DNA of 64,000 nucleotides from Felis catus (lineage: Eukaryota). A program made the position numbers and the translations under genes. The DNA lies in contig NC_058369.1 in assembly GCF_018350175.1 (NCBI RefSeq), positions 11,348,001 to 11,412,000 of the forward strand. The letters are read 5' to 3'. The first letter of the stretch is position 1; every line of letters starts with the position of its first letter. A model generated the notes under the pieces. It worked only from the letters and a program-made list of their open reading frames with translations. It made no database searches and was not told where the DNA came from. Shown in pieces: positions 57,701 to 64,000 of the stretch.

Positions 57701-60040
57701 GACTCTAACATGACTCCTGGTAAGTTTCAGTTGGACTTGGAATCAAGGAAGCCCCCATTTAGCAGATGAGCATGCAACTCCAGAAAGGCCCAATGCAAAT
57801 GATCGGGACAAGCTGGCGCATCTTAAGTAACATGAAAAACTAAGCACAAGACCCATACACTTGTGAAGACTGAGGTCAATCAGGAAAGAAACTGCTAGAG
57901 GCTGTCAGTTCAAATGCGAAGACATGGTGCAGTTTAACAGATCAGATGGACCTCAGAGACACAAGCACCTCAAAGTTTCTTTCAGGTGGCTCTCAAGATA
58001 ACCAGTGACAGGTGACATCCATCTACGTTGAGGGATCACCATGAGATGACCAGGATGTCCTGCTCCACGCTCACAGCTTAAGAAGCCATGGCCCGAAAAC
58101 CTGCAGCTCAGCCCTCCCAGGACTGCGGGAAACTAAAATCCTCACGAAACTTCCAGAAGCCACTCATTCGCACCGTGGCAAAGAACACAAAAGAAACCAA
58201 CAAGACTCTCTAGTCTGTTGTGGGTCAAGAAAGACAGGCACTAGCAAGCGGCTCTATGTGAGAGCCAGGGTGACTTCTCTGACACAACAGATCCAACTAG
58301 GTTCCTGCCTTAGGTACATTCTTCCCACAGTGGTCACCACCACCCCACCCCGCACTGCCCCAGACCCTAGCATCAACACTAAACACAGTGGCCACGGTGG
58401 GCCCCCTTCCCTGTCACCTTCAGGCCTTTCATTTGCTGTACCTGGTGCTTCCCTGAACAGTCTGGCCAGTGCACACACACCTGGGAGCCCGGGGCCAGAG
58501 CAACCTTTCCTTCATTCTTGTCCTCCCAGTACACAGTGAGTGCTCTCGGGTACGGAAGGCACCCTACACTAACGTCACCCTGGGGATTCTAGATCTCAAA
58601 GCTTTGGAAAGGAAAGCAGCTCGTGCTCGCACACAGAAAAATGTGGTGACTGCCAGATTCACTGGCTCAGCCAACGCATCCCGTGTGTGCCATGTGCCAG
58701 GCCCAGGACTCTGGTCAACGTGACATTCTTCCAGTGATTAAGCAATACTGGGGCAAGTACTGTAAAGGAGAAGGGCCAGGCTGCTCTGGCCAAGGACAGG
58801 GAGGGTGTGCACACTCCTGTGGTGGGTGAGGCAGAGAGGGACAGAGAAGAACAGAGAGGGTAAAGGCTTGTGACAGGAGAAGGAGGGACCGATGCAGGGA
58901 CACAGGCATGGGTCTGGAGGCAGGGGAGATACCAGTGCATCTGAGGACCATTTGAAGTGGGAAGGGAGGGATGGCACAGCACAGGGGCCAGGTGACCACA
59001 CTGGCTTTTGTCCTTCACAGGTTCTTGACTCAGGGCAGAGAATATAGTGGCAGGAGAAAAGGGGGGGGGGGGCATGCTTGGAGGGGGTCTGGGGGATAGA
59101 TTCCAGGGTCATTCAGAACACAGATAACAATAGGAGAAGTGCATTCTTGCCTCATGGTGCATTTTCAACTATACCTGCACCTGTGGAGTTCACAGATGCA
59201 AAAGAGAGAGAACCCAAGAGCGGATGCACGTGGACAGGGTGAATCAACGGCTCAGCACCAGGGCTTATGGGGAGAGACAAGCTGAAAACTCAGAAACTCC
59301 TAAATCTACCCGCATATATAAGGATGTAGGATTCCTGTGATACAGTAGACATCATCTTCAACCAATTCAGGCAAAGTTTTAAGTCCAAAAGATCCTAAAA
59401 TGCTATTCCGTTTTCATACTGACCTGTGGCCAAGAGGCAGGAGCCACCATTCACTGTGTTGAGTTAACTGAAGGACAAGAGACAGGAAGAAAATTTCACC
59501 TACTGTTTCCAACCCAAAGAAGGCTGCATGATTCAAACGCGTGTCCTAGTCCCGAATCTATCCCCAACAGATACCTTACAACAAAGTCCCAATTTAAAGG
59601 AGTAAGGAAAAGATGGAGAGAGATTAGACAGTTAGTGCCCTGGTCCCCAAACTGAGTACCAAGAGTGTCATGGTACCTTAGAGGGGCACTGTGGGAACGA
59701 TCAGTATAAGGCAATTAATAATTTCAAGGCCAGACTGCACTATATCCCCTTGGACAATGTCCCATCTTGCAAAGCTTGGTGTTCAGCGAATGCTGTAACA
59801 AAAAGCAGATACCACATAAGACCCAACGTGGAACCAGAAATGCAGGTGGCAGGCATCCCATCTGGCTCTAAGGCCTGAGGAGTTAAGCAGCGCCTAATAG
59901 GCACACACATTCCATTAAGGAGGAACCATGATTCTCTTCCTAAGAGGATTCTCTTCCTAAGTTTAGAGACCCCTGATGAAGCACTCCTGCTTTCAGGGAT
60001 ACTGTCTGCTAACATCCCAACTCATCTAAATGATCTGAGA

Positions 60041-60250
60041 GGGGCGCCTGGGTGGCTCCCTCAGTTAAGTGTCTGACTTCGGCTCAGGTCATGATCTCAC
60101 ACGGTTTGTGAGTTCGAGCCCCCCGTCGGTCTCTGTGCTGACAGCTCAGAGCCTGAAGCTTGCTTCAGATTCTGTGTCTCCCTCTCTCTCTGCCCCTTCC
60201 CCGCTTGTGCTCTCTCAAAAATAAATAAATGTAAAAAAAAATTTTTTTAG
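60041..60250 (+). mobile_element. Can-SINE
   Basis: ggggcgcctgggtggctc head; TSD aaatgatct at 60028-60036 and 60251-60259. Confidence 0.92.
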
Positions 60251-62469
60251 AAATGATCTCAGAAAAACTTAAGGACAGAATTTAGCAGACAACACACATG
60301 TGATATTTTTCAAATTTCAACAGAAAGTTTTATTTCCTGGAGACTAGGAGGCAAGACAGACATGGATAGGCTTGGTTCTGGGACTCTGAGGAGAGAAAAG
60401 AAAAGGCCATATACAGCTGCCCAGAAATCGGCTGATTTCTGGATATCTGGCCCTAGTTCTGTCCATCCCAAGAGGCTGGGTATCTTGGTGGGTTGTGGCC
60501 AACTGAATTTTGAACTTGTAGGCCCATCTGAAGTCCTGGACTGCCAGAGGGCCCACAAAGCCAAGGGGCCCACCTCCACTTTGTCATGTTCATTTACTCA
60601 CTCTCATCCTTAAGTGACACAACACCGAGGCAGTAAAACACCAGGGAAAACAGGAACAGTGCAGGCTACCTGTAAACCTTCACGAATTCTCCTGTGAAAT
60701 ACCGTCGCCACACTCAGCAGAGCTTTATGCAAGCCATCACCACATACGCCTGCCTGCACTAGGGCCGAGACAAGCTTGCCAGCACATACCTGCTACTTCC
60801 TGGGCCAGTGCTCTCTGAGCACTTGAGCTATACCTGCTTAATCCTCACAGCAACACTACAAGGCCAAGGGCAACATCATCATCTTCATGCCCGTGGCAAC
60901 ACAAGAGAGTGGGTGGTAGCCTGGTCAGCGGGAGGTCACCCAGGGCTGTATGTATTTCAAGCACTCTGCTCCACAGTTGTCTCTGCTCACCGAATACAGG
61001 GGCAGAGCCCTAGTTGACCAGCACTGCTGGGCCCGACAGGGCTGGTTTGCTCAAGCCCCCCGCCCCCCCCCCCCCCCCCCCCCGCGACATCCACATCCTG
61101 GCATGTATTAATCAGCAAGCCTGCTTTCTCTGCAGAAACAGCTGAATGCCATGTGACCCTTGAGCTAGGTCTCCAGTCGGATTTCCAGAAGTGGTGTTTC
61201 CAAATTTCACCCCCAGAAACAAATCAGAGCCCAGACAGCTCTCACAGCACCTGGCCGTCTGTCTGTGTGCAGTGTGACTCGTCTCACATACTAGGTGAAA
61301 TCTGAAGCATACTTCCTTGTTGATGCCATGGGGAGAGAGTGGAGGGGAACGGAGTCCAAGCTGTTACTTATGGTTCCCACACAGTTAGGGCTACAAGGAG
61401 CTGTGCCTTGAACTTGTTTCATGCCAAGCAAAATGTCAGCCAATGCCAGCTGACCCCTACCCCTCAGGAAATTACAAGTTCACAGTGGAGCACAACCTTC
61501 AGAGGAAGTCACCTCCCCACCACTGCAAGGCCCTCCTATAAAGAATCATTTGAGGGAAGTGCAAGATCCTACCCAGCAATAAAAAGAAGGGGTTGGAGGA
61601 TCTGGTCATTTCTCAGTACTGGTCAATTTGCAGCAAATACTTATCCTGTCCTAGGGACATCTTCCTTGAAATGTTGGTTACACTGGTTATGGAACACTAA
61701 TATCAGAAGGTCCATTTCCTTCTGGTCCCAGAGCAGAAGCTATTTCCATTCATGGCCACAGCCCATTTCATTGTGCATCTGTGTCAGTGGGGAAGCACAA
61801 ACAGGATTACTTTTCCATCTGACCGGCTCAGGCAGCTGGTGAGAACATCGCTCGTGTCATCAGCCAGACCGCGCCGTCTGGAGCTTGGCCAGTGGCTGTG
61901 CGCTGAGGCAGCTCTCAAAACCTTAATCCTCCTTCATGCAGCTTGTACAAGCCCTGACTGCCACCCCTCAGACATGCCAAACCAGGGCCATTACCTCAGA
62001 CCCAGCCCTGCTGCCTGCCTTGAGCCAGGTGACCCAAGGCAGAGATGAGCCACCTACCTGCTAAGGGAGCAGAGACACACTCAAGTTCTCTGTTCCCCAG
62101 TAGGGGGGCACCAGGCCCACACGGACGTGGTGGTCAGGAGGACCGCGAGGAAGGCCCAGCAGATCACAACACTGCCAATTCAGAATCCCTGTCCTTCTGC
62201 TTTAGAAACCAATCAGCAGGCCCATTAAATTAGGGGCACTGAGATTTCTGCGCCATCTTTTCTCTGTAAAAGCTGCTAGAAGCTGGAGGGTTGACCAGCT
62301 CAGGTGCAGTAAAAGGTTCCGTTGTTACATATGGTTCACATCACTGTGCTGATGGTTAGATCTGGGTGGACAGATTTGTTAATTTAAAATGTTCCTGTGA
62401 TGGGTACACAGTGAAAGCAAAACTTCGATGTGGACAAGATCAAAACTGTGAGGCTAAAACATACTCCAG

Positions 62470-62666
62470 CAGGGGCAGGCTGATTTTTCCTATAAAGGGC
62501 CAGGGAAGAAATACAGCCAGCTGTACAAGGCATACAGTCTATAGCAATACTCCATCATGCCACTGCTGCACTGGGAAAGCAGCCCACCCACAAGCCTTAG
62601 ACAAATGAGCGTGGCTATATGCCAATAACACTCAGACTGGCCCGTGAGCCGGAGTTTGCAAGCCCC
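62470..62666. mobile_element. MER58A-like hAT-Charlie fossil
   Basis: caggggcaggctgatttttcctataaagggccag...aatgagcgtggctatatgccaataa...tggcccgtgagccggagtttgcaagcccc. Confidence 0.72.
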
Positions 62667-62746
62667 GTTCCAAAGATTTCTAGACTTTGTGTCAGGGCGA
62701 GGGAAACGTTTGCGACAAAATATTATGTTAGAAACGCGGAATACAA

Positions 62747-62925
62747 GGGGTGCCTGGATGGCTCAGTCTTTAGGCCTCCGACTCTCAATTTTGGATCACG
62801 TCGTGATCCCTTCGTGACATTGACCCCCAGTGTTGGGATTCTCTCTCTGGCCCTCCCCCGCTCACATGCACAGTCTCTCTCAAAAGAAATAAACTTAAAA
62901 AAAGTAAAACAAAAAAAGAATAAGA
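62747..62925 (+). mobile_element. Diverged Can-SINE
   Basis: ggggtgcctggatggctcagtc...aataaacttaaaaa; gaatacaa flanks both sides. Confidence 0.8.
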
Positions 62926-64000
62926 GAATACAAAATTACAGGTTAAATTAGGTAATGGTGTGCAAATGAGCGGGTACACGGAACCATACAATGAAGTGGG
63001 ACAGGGGTGGTGGGTGTGTGGAGGACTCTAAAACCCAACCAACCTACCAGTACGTAGGTAAAAACAGCACGGCTTCTCTGCAATCAGACACCTTTCGCAA
63101 ACCCCCACTGACCGACCTCTCTTGCTGTGTTCCGTCTCTCTGCCTGGCGAGCAGGCCTCCACTGCTACTCAAAGCAGCCCTGACCTGGGCCAAGACTCCA
63201 AATTACAAGCTAAAAGATTATGACAGAAATACAATGTCATTAATACAAACACTGCATTGCCACTGACCTGGGTCTAGGGTTGTACCCTTCATAGGAAAGG
63301 TTAAGTGACATCTTCTTCCGGTTGCCTCTTTTAAAGCTATTACTCCGACTCTTTTAACTGTCTCATTTTTATACCTTTTATTTTCAGCTATTTGCTTTTC
63401 TAAAAGAGCTGGTGCAGTGTTATGTGGCACTGAGGTGAACCTACACTGTAATATAGAACGCGAAAGGACTGTTAATTCACGTAGAAAAAATCCTGCTTTG
63501 AGAAGTGAACTCCAAGATGGCCACAGAGTGCACGGCCATGCGGAAGGCAAAGCCGAAGTAGACAGTGAGGCTGGGTACTTCTTCCACTCAGATGAGGGTT
63601 TTTTGGGAGGAAGGACAAAGACACTGGAAAACACAAGAATCTGTAGGGCACCAAGGGTGACAGAGAACATTCACCTCTTGACAGTGAAAACTACTGTAAT
63701 GAGGGGAAAGTCTAAGAGTGAGAAACCAGGATTAGTTCCAACTAGGCCGACAGTCAGTCTTGGGCTGCCCAGTTGTAGACCAGAAAGCTTCTGAGGGTGA
63801 TATCACACTGTCCTCTGGAACCCTCTCATTTCCAACGAAAGGATAAAAATCAAGTTCATGATCCTCATGAACAAAACTTAAAACTATAAAAGACAGTCAA
63901 CTACGGTGTTTGCAGCACGTCAAACACCAGGGAAACATGTCAGCACTGACCTCCAAGCAAGTGATCGAAGGCAAGCTGTTTGGGAATCTGGGAGGCCAAG

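Overview
Mammalian genomic DNA, most likely a felid (it carries carnivore tRNA-derived Can-SINEs of the SINEC_Fc type), covering the conserved NOTCH3-EPHX3-BRD4 neighbourhood. All three genes lie on the minus strand. Contents: NOTCH3 coding exon 1 (signal peptide) and its CpG-island promoter at the left edge; the complete 7-exon EPHX3 CDS (1083 nt, 360 aa); and all coding exons of BRD4, giving a long isoform (19 exons, 4086 nt, 1361 aa) and a short GPA-ending isoform (722 aa). BRD4 non-coding exon 1 lies beyond the right edge. Every exon was placed by GT-AG boundaries and phase continuity. I see no convincing wholly new gene or system. The best leads are regulatory or isoform-level: an in-frame, stop-free 99-nt BRD4 intron; an ATG-TGA-TG start-stop plus overlapping uORF over the BRD4 start; a phase-compatible BRD4-to-EPHX3 read-through; an orphan RFX/NF-Y promoter-like island between EPHX3 and NOTCH3; a decayed homologue of the human BRD4 isoform-B exon; an in-frame EPHX3 intron; and an EPHX3 poly(A) signal apparently supplied by a MER3 transposon. 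Repeat family names come from recalled consensus sequences and need RepeatMasker confirmation.
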